Positions 36,742 through 46,621 are shown, counted from the stretch's first letter. The stretch is 64,000 nt of DNA from Chloroflexota bacterium (GCA_026389845.1 JAPLHB010000190.1:9845-73844), one strand, 5' to 3'. A program made the numbers and translations. The notes: generated from the letters alone by a model not told the origin.

Positions 36742-38787
36742 ATGGAACTGGATAGGTTGGACCAACTCGCGGCCGAAGCATTCACGGGGTACGTCGTCCG
36801 CAAGGACCTGGCTCTGCGGTTTCGCGGCCAGTATCCCGTGCCGACCTACGTCGGCGAGTTCCTGTTGGGACGCTACTGCGCCAGCACCGACCCGGCCGAG
36901 ATCGCGGAAGGGCTGGAGATCGTCGAGCGCCAGATGCGCGAGCGCACCGTGCGGCCGGGCGAGGAAGAGTTGTTCAAGTCACGGGCGCGCGAGCGCGGCT
37001 CAGTCAAGCTGATTGATCTGATCACCGCGCGGCTGGACACCGCGACCGACTCCTACCTGGCCACGCTGCCCAGCCTGCGCTTGCGCGACGTGCGCATCGA
37101 CGCGGAGACGGTCGCGGGCAACGAGCGCATGTTGACCGGCGGCTTCTATGCCGAAATCCAGCTTGAGTACGACGCCGCGATTGCCCAGGAACGCAACGGC
37201 CGGCCCTTCGGCATCACCGCCTTGCGCCCCATCCAGCTTTCCAAGCGCGGCGTTTCGGATGACCTGGCCCGCGGCCGCGCGGCCTTCACCACCGAGGAAT
37301 GGCGGCAACTCCTGTTGCGGAGCGTCGGCTTCGAGCCGGAGCAGTTCACCCGGCGGGCACAAGACATTCTGCTCCTGCGTATGGTCCCGTTCGTCGAGCG
37401 CAACTTCAACGTGGTGGAGCTTGGTCCGCGCGGCACCGGCAAGTCACACCTCTACCAGCAAATCTCCCCCTACTCGCACCTGGTCTCCGGCGGCAAGGCC
37501 ACCGTGGCGCAGATGTTCGTCAACAACGCCACGGGCCAACGCGGCCTGGTGTGCCTCTACGACGTGGTCTGCTTCGATGAGGTCTCCGGCATCGCCTTCG
37601 ACCAGCGGGACGGCGTCAACATCATGAAGGGCTACATGGAGGCCGGGGAGTTCAGCCGGGGCCGCGAGAACATCCGCGCCAGTGGCAGCATCGTCATGGT
37701 GGGCAACTTCGAGGTGGACGTGGAGCATCAGCAGCGGATCGGCCACCTGCTGGGCCCGCTCCCGCCGGAGATGCGCAACGACACCGCCTTCATGGATCGC
37801 ATCCACGCCTACCTGCCCGGCTGGGACGTGCCCAAGCTCGACCGCGCCCTGTTCACCGAGCACTTCGGACTGGTGAGTGACTTCCTGTCAGAGGGTTGGT
37901 CACAACTGCGTGCCGAGAACCGGCTGCCGGTCGTCGCGAGCCGCATCCGCTACGGCAGCGCGATCAGCGGCCGCGATGCCAACGCCATCAACCACACCGT
38001 CAATGGCCTGCTCAAGCTGCTCTATCCCGACCGCGAGATGGCGATCAGCGATGAAGACCTGGCATGGGCCGTGGAACTGGCGCTGGAGTGTCGCCGCAGG
38101 GTGAAGGAGCAGCAGAAGCGCATCGGCAGCGCAGAGTTCCGCAACACCCACTTCAGCTATCAACTCGGCGTCGAAGGGGTCGAGAAGTTCGTCGTGACAC
38201 CGGAGCTACAAAGCACCCAGGCCATCGGCAGCGATCCGCTGCCGCCGGGCCAGGTGTGGGGCATCAGCCCCGGCGGTCCGGACGAAGGCGCCGGCCTCTA
38301 CCGGATTGACGTCAACGTGGGGCCGGGCGCCGGCGTGCGCATCGTCAACTTCCCCGCGCCGGGGCCGTTCCGCGAGAGCATCAAGTACGGCGAGCAGAAC
38401 CTGATCATGCGTGCCCGCGAGCTCGTCGGCGACCGCGACCCGCGCCAGCACGAGTTCACCGTGCAACTGCGCGCCTTCGACGCGGCCAAGACCGGAGCGT
38501 TCCTGGGCCTGCCCGCGCTGCTGGCATTCTGCAGCGCGCTGCTGGGCAAGAGCCTGAAGGGTGGCCTGATCGCCGTCGGCGCGCTCAACCTGGGCGGCGG
38601 CCTCGACCCGGTCTACAACGCCGTCAACGTTGCCGAGTTGGCGATCGAGAAGGGCGCGTCCATGCTGCTCATCCCCATCTCCGCCCGCCGGCAGTTGAAC
38701 GAGCTGTCGGACGAGATGGCGATGAAGCTGACGATCCTGTTCTATGCGGACGCGCGCGAGGCGCTGTTGAAGGCGCTGGGGGATTAG
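36742..38787 (+). CDS. brxL: BREX system Lon protease-like protein BrxL
   Basis: 681 aa; AAA+-like P-loop GPRGTGKSH plus C-terminal Lon protease-like domain; terminal gene of the BREX-1 operon. Confidence 0.85.
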   Translation: MELDRLDQLAAEAFTGYVVRKDLALRFRGQYPVPTYVGEFLLGRYCASTDPAEIAEGLEIVERQMRERTVRPGEEELFKSRARERGSVKLIDLITARLDTATDSYLATLPSLRLRDVRIDAETVAGNERMLTGGFYAEIQLEYDAAIAQERNGRPFGITALRPIQLSKRGVSDDLARGRAAFTTEEWRQLLLRSVGFEPEQFTRRAQDILLLRMVPFVERNFNVVELGPRGTGKSHLYQQISPYSHLVSGGKATVAQMFVNNATGQRGLVCLYDVVCFDEVSGIAFDQRDGVNIMKGYMEAGEFSRGRENIRASGSIVMVGNFEVDVEHQQRIGHLLGPLPPEMRNDTAFMDRIHAYLPGWDVPKLDRALFTEHFGLVSDFLSEGWSQLRAENRLPVVASRIRYGSAISGRDANAINHTVNGLLKLLYPDREMAISDEDLAWAVELALECRRRVKEQQKRIGSAEFRNTHFSYQLGVEGVEKFVVTPELQSTQAIGSDPLPPGQVWGISPGGPDEGAGLYRIDVNVGPGAGVRIVNFPAPGPFRESIKYGEQNLIMRARELVGDRDPRQHEFTVQLRAFDAAKTGAFLGLPALLAFCSALLGKSLKGGLIAVGALNLGGGLDPVYNAVNVAELAIEKGASMLLIPISARRQLNELSDEMAMKLTILFYADAREALLKALGD

Positions 38788-38877
38788 CCGGGACGATAAC
38801 ACAGACTTATCGTACGACCGACTTCCTCCGTGCGGATGATTGTGCCAAGAGAGCCATATTCTTGGTTGTCACCCCAA

Positions 38878-38912
38878 GATTGACACCGCCCCGACCCTGA
38901 TGTAGAGTCATC
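38878..38912 (+). promoter_or_regulatory. sigma-70-like promoter candidate TTGACA-N17-TAGAGT
   Basis: TTGACACCGCCCCGACCCTGATGTAGAGT in the 360-bp brxL-VOC intergenic region. Confidence 0.3.
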
Positions 38913-39154
38913 CCAGGGTCGCCTTTCAGTAACTGGTCGCACCAGGCAACGGCTATCTTGCTCCCCAAGGTGCTTGAGGCCCGACAGCAGGCCATCTCCT
39001 CGAGGTGATCTGCTCTCGGGTCGGTGTCATCTCATCAGGAGCAAGAACCATGTTGCAGAGTATGTCTGGCCGCAACTGACCCCAACAAAAAAGGCCCAGC
39101 CGGCGCAGAGCCGGTCGGGCCAATGCAGCGCTTTGCATCCAGAGGTTGAATCCT

Positions 39155-39631
39155 ATGTCCCAGCCGCCCAACACTGCGATTCCCGCCCGCTACGTCCACA
39201 CCAACTTGATCGCCCGCGATTGGCAGGCGCTCGCTCGTTTCTACGAGACGATCTTCGGTTGCGTGCGCGTGCCGCCGGAGCGCGATCTGGCTGGCCCCGA
39301 CATGGAGGCCGGCACGGGCCTCCCCGCGGCGCACCTGCGCGGGGTCCACCTGCGCCTGCCGGGCTACGGCGACGCCGGCCCGACGCTGGAGATCTTCACC
39401 TACGATCGCCTCGAAGAACGGCCAGCCACGGCGGTCAACCGGCCCGGCTTCGGTCACCTTGCCTTCAGCGTGGCCGATGTCGCGGCCGGCCGGGCCGCGG
39501 TCCTGGCGGGGGGCGGACGGCCTGTGGGGCAGGTCGTCACAGTCACGGTGGCGGGCGGCGGTCGCGTCACCTGGTGCTACGTCACCGACCCGGAAGGCAA
39601 CGTGATCGAGCTGCAGGCCTGGACGGGGTAA
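39155..39631 (+). CDS. VOC family protein (glyoxalase/bleomycin-resistance fold)
   Basis: Two-module VOC pattern (HTNLIARDW...FY ; GFGHLAFSV...DPEGNVIEL). The track ORF starts at TTG 39146; ATG 39155 preferred. Confidence 0.55.
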   Translation: MSQPPNTAIPARYVHTNLIARDWQALARFYETIFGCVRVPPERDLAGPDMEAGTGLPAAHLRGVHLRLPGYGDAGPTLEIFTYDRLEERPATAVNRPGFGHLAFSVADVAAGRAAVLAGGGRPVGQVVTVTVAGGGRVTWCYVTDPEGNVIELQAWTG

Positions 39632-39682
39632 AGGGCCGCTGGAAGCTCCTTCGACTGCGCTCAGGATAGACGCCGGCACGCC

Positions 39683-40564
39683 CTACGCCAGCGGCAGATG
39701 GATCGCGAAACTGCACCGGTCGTCTCCCTGCAAGATGGACTTGAGCAGTTCGACGCGCACCGGACCGCCCATGATACCGTCCCAAAGCTGCTGATACCAG
39801 CCCGCGCCGCAGTAGCAGTAGGTGCGCGACAGGGTCAGCCCGGTCTGGATGGATTCCGCCAGCAGCCGGCAGTGGCAGAGGGTGCGGTCGCCAGCCATGA
39901 GCGCCAGCAGCGCGTCCAGGTCGCCGGTGCGTTCGTAGAACGCGGCCATCTCGCGGATGCGCGCCCGCGGGAACTGGTCGCCGACCGTGATCATGATGTC
40001 GCGGCAGACGTCCTCATCGCCGACCAGCCCGTCCAGCCGCGCCATGGCGGCCTTGTACCACTCGGCTCGCTCGCAATAGGAGCAGGACGCGTACCGCTCG
40101 CTGCCGGTCATCACCTCCCGGCGCACCGTCTCCCCCGCATAGCGCTCCAGGTTCTCGGCCAGCCGCTCCACGCGGTAGAACTTGTACGCCAACTGCGCCT
40201 CGGTCAGGGTGCACGCCGTGTCGTCGCCGTGTTCCTCCGGCCCCTCCAGGCAGAGTTCGCGGCGCGGGACGGAATTGGCGATGACCGAGTGCTGCCGGAC
40301 GTGACCGAAGATCGCCCGCCAGGCATCGGTGATGCTGCCCGGCTCCCCACGCACGCCCAACGGGCCGGCGTGCATGGCGCAGAGCATCCGGCCGCCCTCC
40401 AGCACGTGACTCTGCACCGCGCCGACCGCGATGGGCTGGCTGACCGGATAGCAGACCTCCAGATCCTGGCCCGGCTCGACGCTCTGGTCGAAGAAGTAAT
40501 GCGGCAACATGCCCTTCCCGGTCACGTGGGGCTTGATCGTCCACGGCCTATCGGCCCGATCCAC
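39683..40564 (-). CDS. hypothetical protein with Cys-rich C-terminal domain
   Basis: 293 aa; CSYCERAEWY...CHCRLL...CYCGAGWY cysteine cluster; function unknown. Confidence 0.3.
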   Translation of the reverse strand: MDRADRPWTIKPHVTGKGMLPHYFFDQSVEPGQDLEVCYPVSQPIAVGAVQSHVLEGGRMLCAMHAGPLGVRGEPGSITDAWRAIFGHVRQHSVIANSVPRRELCLEGPEEHGDDTACTLTEAQLAYKFYRVERLAENLERYAGETVRREVMTGSERYASCSYCERAEWYKAAMARLDGLVGDEDVCRDIMITVGDQFPRARIREMAAFYERTGDLDALLALMAGDRTLCHCRLLAESIQTGLTLSRTYCYCGAGWYQQLWDGIMGGPVRVELLKSILQGDDRCSFAIHLPLA

Positions 40565-43067
40565 CGTCTGTCGTCAGCGTGACCACGCCCGCGCTGCCGT
40601 CCACGGTGATGACCTGGCCGCTGCGGATGCGTTCGGTCGCGGCGCCGGTGCCCAACACGGCCGGGATGCCGTATTCACGCGCCACAATCGAGCCGTGGCT
40701 GAGCGGCCCGCCCACGTCGGTGACGACGGCGGCCGCGCGGGCAAACAACGGCGTCCAGGCAGGCGTGGTGATGGCAGCCACCAACACGTCGCCCACCCGC
40801 ATCAGATGGAAGTCCTCCGGGCCGTGCAGGACGCAGGCCGGCGCGGTCACGCGGCCTGGGCTGGCGGCAACGCCCTTGATGCTGTCTCCGCTGTGCCGCC
40901 GCTTGCGGCCGGTCTTGAGTGCCCCCAGGTCTTTCCCCAGGAACTTCATCTGAGGCAGCATCATCGGCGGTGTGATACGCCTGGCGGCGCGCCAGGTAGC
41001 TCGGCGTTCCGGCACGATCGTGCTGAGATCCTCCAACGGCTGACCGCGATCGAGCGCAGCCGCGGCTTGTTCCACTTCTGACTGCTTCAGCCAGAAGATG
41101 TCGTCGGGCGTTGCGATCAGGCCGCCTTCGGTGAAACGGCGGCCCAGCTCGCGGAGCATCTGCCGCAGCAAGGGATAGCCCAGGCCCACATCGGCCAGCC
41201 CATCTTCGCGTAGGGGCGCGTAGCGTTGTGCCGGCGCGAGGAATTTGCGGAAAAGCCGCAGACGCAGTCCTCGCGACTTGTTCAGCATCGCCTGCGTTGC
41301 CTGCTCACGGCGCTCAGCCGCGGCCTGCTGGCGTGCGTGCGGGTTGACCCCCTGGCCGTTGATGAACATCTTGCACGTCTCCAGCAGCGGCGCCGGATCG
41401 TCGGCAGGCACCGGGTTGGCAAAGTCGAGATCGTAGATCGCGTGACCGTAACGTGTCAGGTGCGCCTGGAAGCGACTCTGGAACTCGCGCCAATCGTCTG
41501 CGTCCACGTCCTGCGGCGTCTGGCCGTCCCCAAGTTGCGCGGCGAGCTGAGCGGCCGGCGCGTCCTTCAGGTAAGCGGCCACGCTGTGCCCGGCACGCAT
41601 GCGGACCCACTCGGCCAGGTCATACAACGCCTTCTCGCCCAGGATGGGGGCGCTGTCGAATCCCAGCAGATAGGTCGGCGCGGGCGGATCGCCGCGGCGC
41701 TGGATCAGCCGGTTGTAGGCGGTCGTGAAGAGGGCTTCGCTGATCCAGGCGGCCGGAATGACGCCGGACACCAGCGCGCCGTAAGCGTCAATCGCCGCTT
41801 CCGCCAGCCCGCGTACCGCGTCCAGGAGTTCGATGGCCGGGAGCTGGCGCCAGGGTTGAGCCTGCCAGCGCGCCACCGTGGTCACGTAGCGCGGACGGCC
41901 CACGTCGGTCCAGCGCGCGACCGCGCCTGTGAACATCCGCTTCATGATCCCCACGCTGCCCAACAGCACCCGCGCCAATTGCCCGGCCTTGAGCGAGCCA
42001 TTGTTGTAGGCGTATCCATTGACGCTGATAATAAGCTCCTCCGGTATCATCCCTGGCTTGCCGAAGAACGCGGCCATCAGGCGATTGAAGCTGGTATTGA
42101 TCGCCGTCCGACCCAACGTGTCGAACAGGGGCGTCAGCGGATTGGCCATCAATTCGACGATGTTGTTGCGCATCGCAGCGTAGACGCCCTTTGGTACCTT
42201 CCACTCGGTCGGGGCCGGCGGTTCGGGGTCAGGCAGGGCCGTGATCGGCCGGGCCTGGAGGATGGCGAAGGTCTTTTCGGCCAGCGCCCACTCGATATCC
42301 ATGGGCATGCCGTACAGGGTTTCGATCCGACCCGCCAACTGCACCAACTCGGCGGCCTGGGCGTCGGAGAGCACGGGCGCGCGGCGCAACGGCTCGGGGA
42401 CGGGCTGCTCACGCGTGCCGCTCCCCAGCAGCACCGTCATGACCTGCTTGTCGGCCGTCTCGCGTGCCAGCACGCGGCCGGTCGCCTTGTCCACGATGAG
42501 CGTGTCCGGCGTAACGAGTCCGCCCACGATGGCTTCGCCCATGCCCCAGGCCGCGCTGATCATGGCCTGATCCCGCTGTCCGGTGACCGGGTTAGCGGTG
42601 AACAATACGCCTGAACTGTCGGCGCGCACGAGCTGCTGGACGATCACGGCGATCTCGTGGACGGCGCTCATGCCTTTGGCCTGGCTGTAGGCCTGGACGC
42701 GCGCGCTGTGCCGTGAGTGGTAGACCGTGTGGATGGCCTGGCGGATCTCCTCGTCGGTGCGCACGTTGAGCACGGTCTCGAACTCGCCGGCGAACGAGGC
42801 CTGGGCGGAATCTTCGCTCAGGGCAGATGAGCGCACAGCCAACGCGAGGTCGTGGTCCGCCGCGCGCAGGCGCGCCAGAGAGAGTTGAGCCTGTGCCCAG
42901 GCCTCCGGTTTCAGCCCCGCGTCGTCAAAGGCCGAGGGCAGGATGACAAACCCATCCGGCACCGGATAGCCCGCCTGGGAGAGCCGGGCCAGCGATCCTC
43001 CCTTGCCCCCGGCCGCGGGCTGCTGGTCTGTCGTCAATTCTGCGAACGATCGGAGGGTGTCACTCAT
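40548..43067 (-). CDS. PEP-utilising enzyme family protein (phosphoenolpyruvate-synthase / rifampicin-phosphotransferase-like)
   Basis: N-terminal PEP-synthase-type ATP-grasp (GGKGGSLARLSQAGYPVPDGFVI). C-terminal mobile His domain TDVGGPLSHGSIVAREYGIPAVLG. 839 aa, the size of RPH-type enzymes. Confidence 0.6.
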   Translation of the reverse strand: MSDTLRSFAELTTDQQPAAGGKGGSLARLSQAGYPVPDGFVILPSAFDDAGLKPEAWAQAQLSLARLRAADHDLALAVRSSALSEDSAQASFAGEFETVLNVRTDEEIRQAIHTVYHSRHSARVQAYSQAKGMSAVHEIAVIVQQLVRADSSGVLFTANPVTGQRDQAMISAAWGMGEAIVGGLVTPDTLIVDKATGRVLARETADKQVMTVLLGSGTREQPVPEPLRRAPVLSDAQAAELVQLAGRIETLYGMPMDIEWALAEKTFAILQARPITALPDPEPPAPTEWKVPKGVYAAMRNNIVELMANPLTPLFDTLGRTAINTSFNRLMAAFFGKPGMIPEELIISVNGYAYNNGSLKAGQLARVLLGSVGIMKRMFTGAVARWTDVGRPRYVTTVARWQAQPWRQLPAIELLDAVRGLAEAAIDAYGALVSGVIPAAWISEALFTTAYNRLIQRRGDPPAPTYLLGFDSAPILGEKALYDLAEWVRMRAGHSVAAYLKDAPAAQLAAQLGDGQTPQDVDADDWREFQSRFQAHLTRYGHAIYDLDFANPVPADDPAPLLETCKMFINGQGVNPHARQQAAAERREQATQAMLNKSRGLRLRLFRKFLAPAQRYAPLREDGLADVGLGYPLLRQMLRELGRRFTEGGLIATPDDIFWLKQSEVEQAAAALDRGQPLEDLSTIVPERRATWRAARRITPPMMLPQMKFLGKDLGALKTGRKRRHSGDSIKGVAASPGRVTAPACVLHGPEDFHLMRVGDVLVAAITTPAWTPLFARAAAVVTDVGGPLSHGSIVAREYGIPAVLGTGAATERIRSGQVITVDGSAGVVTLTTDGGSGR

Positions 43068-43090
43068 TGCATTTCGCTCCTTGTCTCTAT

Positions 43091-43308
43091 GCTTGGCACG
43101 GTCCCAAAGTGCGTTTCCCGGCGTCTGTCATTCTGAGCGGGTTTGCCCCTAACTTCTCGCGACGGCGAGTATCCAGCGAAGAATCCTTCACTGCGTTCAG
43201 GACAGGTTCTCACCTCGCAACGAGACCCCTTCGACTGCGCTCAGGGCAGGCTCTTCGCTGGATGCTCGCCGCGAGCCACTTCACGGGGCCAACTCGCTCA
43301 GGGTGACA
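43091..43308. repeat. MITE-like repeat, copy C, in the 5' leader of the PEP-utilising enzyme gene
   Basis: TGTCATTCTGAGCGGGT ... AACTCGCTCAGGGTGACA termini; same internal blocks as copies A and E. Confidence 0.6.
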
Positions 43309-43384
43309 CGGCGAGTGCTATAGTATCACGATAAGCGCAACTGATGGCCGTTGACAGTGCGGCGCGAGCACAGGGCTGCGCCAC

Positions 43385-43756
43385 TCAGCCTGTTTGCGGC
43401 TGGCGGTCGCTGCAACACCGAACCGCGTCCACCAGGCGCTCCGGCGGATCGCTCTTGCTGACAAAGGCATCCGCTCCGGCCGCCAGCGCGGCCCGGCGCG
43501 CGCCGGGGCGGCCGCTGAGACAGAGGACGCCGAGTTGTGGGGCGGCCGGGCGGAGCGCCCGCAATCCGCCGGCTTCGGCCAGACCCGGCAGGTCCCAGTC
43601 CAACAGCAACAGATCGGCCCGCCCGGCGCGCAGCTCGACCACCAGGGCCGCGGCATCGGCAACCTCGACCACATCCGTCACGCCGGGCTGCTGCGCCATC
43701 AACACTCGCAGGGCGAAGCGGACTCTCGGCTGGCTGTCGGCAAGTAGGATACGCAT
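43385..43756 (-). CDS. response regulator receiver (REC) domain protein
   Basis: MRILLADSQ ... LLLLDWDLPG single REC domain, 123 aa. Confidence 0.55.
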   Translation of the reverse strand: MRILLADSQPRVRFALRVLMAQQPGVTDVVEVADAAALVVELRAGRADLLLLDWDLPGLAEAGGLRALRPAAPQLGVLCLSGRPGARRAALAAGADAFVSKSDPPERLVDAVRCCSDRQPQTG

Positions 43757-43883
43757 CAGAAAGCCTCGTTGGGTGATTGCCTACCGCCTCCCATTGAACA
43801 ACAAAAATCCCTCGCGCACATCGGGCACGTGGGGGATTCTCCGATTGGCCGAGTGGCTAGTGTGAGGCAAGCCCAAAGTTGTG

Positions 43884-44510
43884 TCATCCCAGCCGCAGGA
43901 CACCGCGCTGAAGCGCCACCGTCACCGCGGCGGTGCGGTCGGCAACGCCCAGTTTGCCGAAGACGTGCAGCAGGTGTGATTTGACCGTGGCCTCGCTGAT
44001 GTGCAGCGCCTGTGCGATGTCGCCGTTGCTCGCGCCGTTGGCGACCAGGCCGAGCACCTCCAGCTCGCGAGCACTCAGCCGCTCCTCAGCCGGCGCGCGC
44101 ATCTTGCCCATCAGTCGCGCGGCCACCGCCGGCGCCAACACCGATTCCCCGGCGGCAGTCGCACGAATGGCACGAAACAGCTCGTCGCGCGGCGTGTCTT
44201 TCAGCAGGTAGCCGGTCGCGCCCGCCTCGATGGCCGGCAGGATGTCCGCATCCGTGTCATACGTGGTGAGCACCAGGATGCGCGCCGCGGGTTGCCGCGC
44301 CCGAATCTGGCGGATGGCCGTCACGCCGTCGAGGACCGGCATTCGCAAGTCCATCAGGATCACATCCGGCCGCAGCTCCGCCGCCAGGGTGACGGCGACC
44401 GCGCCGTCGGCGGCTTCCCCCGCCACCTGAAAGTCGGGCTGACTCGCCAGCATGGCGCGCAACCCATCGCGTACCACGGGATGATCGTCCGCGATCATGA
44501 GCCGAATCAT
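43884..44510 (-). CDS. NarL/LuxR-family DNA-binding response regulator
   Basis: REC domain (MIADDHPVVRDG...DVILMDLRMP) plus C-terminal LuxR HTH (LSARELEVLGLVANGASNGDIAQALHISEATVKSHL). Confidence 0.8.
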   Translation of the reverse strand: MIRLMIADDHPVVRDGLRAMLASQPDFQVAGEAADGAVAVTLAAELRPDVILMDLRMPVLDGVTAIRQIRARQPAARILVLTTYDTDADILPAIEAGATGYLLKDTPRDELFRAIRATAAGESVLAPAVAARLMGKMRAPAEERLSARELEVLGLVANGASNGDIAQALHISEATVKSHLLHVFGKLGVADRTAAVTVALQRGVLRLG

Positions 44511-45724
44511 AGTTGCGCCTCCGGTATCGAGACCGCCACCGTCGTGCCGCGGCCCGGCGCGCTCTCCACCGCCACCGCGCCGCCGAGTTGCGCCGCCCGC
44601 TCGGCCATGGCCGCCAGCCCGATCCCGTTGCTCGGCGCGGCCGGATCGAACCCCACGCCATCATCGTGGACATCCAGCGTGACCTGGTCGCCCATGTACG
44701 AGAGGGTCAGGTTGACCTGGTGGGCGCGGGCGTGTTTGCGGACGTTGGTCAACGCCTCCTGGGCGGCCCGCAACAGCGTCACTTCCGCCTCGGGGTGGAG
44801 CGCCACCGGCTCGCCCGTGACGGCCAGATCTGCGGGTACGCCCTCCTCCGCCCAGTGCGCAGCCACGCGGCGCAGCGCCTCGGGCAGCGAGGCATCTTCG
44901 AGCGGCTCGGGGCGCAACGCCAACACCAGCCGCCGCGCCTCACGCAGACCGGCGCGCGCGGTCTCGCGGGCGCGGCTCACGTGCGTGCGAACCGGCTCCG
45001 CCCCCGCCGGCAGCGCAGCATCGGCCGCCTCCAGGTGCAGCACGATGCTGGTGAAGTCCTGGGCCAGCGTGTCGTGGATCTCGCGCGCCAGCCGCTGCCG
45101 CTCCTCCAGCACGCCCGCCTGGCGCTCGGCCTGGGCCAGGCTCTGGCGCGTGGCCTCCAACTCCTCGATCAGCCGCTGCCGCTTCTGGCTCTCCTGCATC
45201 ACCGAGCGCATCCACAGCGCCAACAGCACGGCCCAGCCTAACCCGAAGGCGCCGCTCAGCAGCGGCCAGCCCAGCAGGGACGAGAGCGGCTGTCCGGCCG
45301 TGACCAGGCTGCGCAGTAGGATCAAGAGCATCAGCACGACATTGCCCGCCACCGCCCAGCCGAACGGCAGGAAGGCCCACATCATCCCGAAGTAGTTGGC
45401 GCTGACCAGGAAGTACGCCTGATGCCAGCCCGCCAGCGGGTACCAGAGGGCCAGCGCACCCGCCAGGAAGGTCAGCCCGACGCGCGCCTGGTTGACCGGG
45501 GTCGGGCTGCGCCGGATCACCGTCAGCCAGTACCACGCCCCCAGCAGGCCGCTCAGCCCGATCATGGCCGGCGCGGGCCCGGTCGCGGTCTCCGTCAGCA
45601 GGGCGATGGCGGTGGCAATCACCAGGCTGGCATAGAACACGACATGCCAGACCGACACCCACCGCTGCCAGGCGGGGCGGGTGTTTTTGGGGGGGCTGGG
45701 CGAGGGTGGGGTGTGTGCGTTCAT
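44507..45724 (-). CDS. sensor histidine kinase (HisKA_3 / NarX-DesK type)
   Basis: Multi-TM N-terminus, H-box RLAREIHDTLAQ, and HATPase_c motifs (N-box NVRKHA, G1 HDDGVG, G2 GLAAMAER). 4-bp overlap with the downstream regulator. Start refined to ATG 45724. Confidence 0.7.
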   Translation of the reverse strand: MNAHTPPSPSPPKNTRPAWQRWVSVWHVVFYASLVIATAIALLTETATGPAPAMIGLSGLLGAWYWLTVIRRSPTPVNQARVGLTFLAGALALWYPLAGWHQAYFLVSANYFGMMWAFLPFGWAVAGNVVLMLLILLRSLVTAGQPLSSLLGWPLLSGAFGLGWAVLLALWMRSVMQESQKRQRLIEELEATRQSLAQAERQAGVLEERQRLAREIHDTLAQDFTSIVLHLEAADAALPAGAEPVRTHVSRARETARAGLREARRLVLALRPEPLEDASLPEALRRVAAHWAEEGVPADLAVTGEPVALHPEAEVTLLRAAQEALTNVRKHARAHQVNLTLSYMGDQVTLDVHDDGVGFDPAAPSNGIGLAAMAERAAQLGGAVAVESAPGRGTTVAVSIPEAQL

Positions 45725-45725
45725 G

Positions 45726-45760
45726 TGCGTGACAAGGTGACAAGGTGACAAGGTGATAGT
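45726..45760. repeat. (CACCTTGT)3 tandem octamer immediately upstream of the histidine-kinase start codon
   Basis: Plus strand reads GTGACAAGGTGACAAGGTGACAAGGTGA. Confidence 0.4.
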
Positions 45761-45789
45761 GTACACCAAATGGCGTCAGGCGAGAAAAG

Positions 45790-45840
45790 TTGGCCCTCCC
45801 CCCCGCCCCTCCCGTTGCCGACAGGAGGGGAGAGGGACGA
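45790..45840 (-). terminator. possible intrinsic terminator / hairpin downstream of the ABC-2 permease gene
   Basis: CCTCCCGTTGCCGACAGGAGG stem-loop followed on the minus strand by a C/T-rich tract; weak. Confidence 0.25.
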
Positions 45841-45842
45841 GC

Positions 45843-46592
45843 TCACTCCCACCGGAATAGCACGGCTGACAGCCCCACGCCCAGGCCCAGCAGCCCGAAG
45901 AGCACCGCCATCGGCACGGCGATTGTAGCCAGGCCATCGCCGAACCACAAGCCCTGCATCAGCTTCACCACGTAGCTCAGCGGCAGGAGCTTGCTGAATT
46001 CCTGCAGGCCTGGGGGCAACATCTGCACGGGCATCCCCGCGCCGGAGAGGAAAATCATCGGGAAGAAGATCGCCATGCCCAACGCCTGGGCCATACGCGC
46101 GGTGCGGGCGACGCTCGCCAGCACGTAACCGGCGGCGAAGAACGCCAGCGCGCTGAGCGTAAAGCCCGCCAGCACCGCCGGCCACGAACCGGCCATCTTG
46201 AGATCGAAGACCAGCTTGCCGATGACCATCAGGATGGCGATCCCCAACAGCGCGATCAGGAAGTAGACGGCGATGCTGGCGACCAGGTAGGTGAGGGGTT
46301 GCAACGGCGTCGCCCGGAAGCGCCGCAGCGCGCCCGAATCGCGGTTGGCCGCGGTGTCAATGGGGATGTTCATCAGCGCGATCGTGCCGATGATCAGCCC
46401 GATGTACGCGGGCACGCTGGCATCCACCGTGCCGACCGGCCGCCCCCAGAACGCGGGGGCCGGCTCGTTGCCATAGATCGCGCCGAAGAGCAGCAAGCAC
46501 AGTGCCGGGAACGCCAGCGTGAAGAAGAACGCCGCCGGCTCGCGCAGATAGAGCTTGAACTGCACCCATATGAGATTTTTCAGGCCACGCAT
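45843..46592 (-). CDS. ABC-2 type transporter permease
   Basis: Six TM helices; start refined to ATG 46592 with a GGAGG RBS. The track ORF extension covers repeat copy D. Confidence 0.6.
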   Translation of the reverse strand: MRGLKNLIWVQFKLYLREPAAFFFTLAFPALCLLLFGAIYGNEPAPAFWGRPVGTVDASVPAYIGLIIGTIALMNIPIDTAANRDSGALRRFRATPLQPLTYLVASIAVYFLIALLGIAILMVIGKLVFDLKMAGSWPAVLAGFTLSALAFFAAGYVLASVARTARMAQALGMAIFFPMIFLSGAGMPVQMLPPGLQEFSKLLPLSYVVKLMQGLWFGDGLATIAVPMAVLFGLLGLGVGLSAVLFRWE

Positions 46593-46621
46593 GGGATACC
46601 TCCATTTGCAATACCGAAAAC

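Noticed and set aside
41226-42614. 462-aa plus-strand ORF
   Set aside because: Lies wholly inside, and antisense to, the PEP-utilising enzyme gene; Arg-rich composition.
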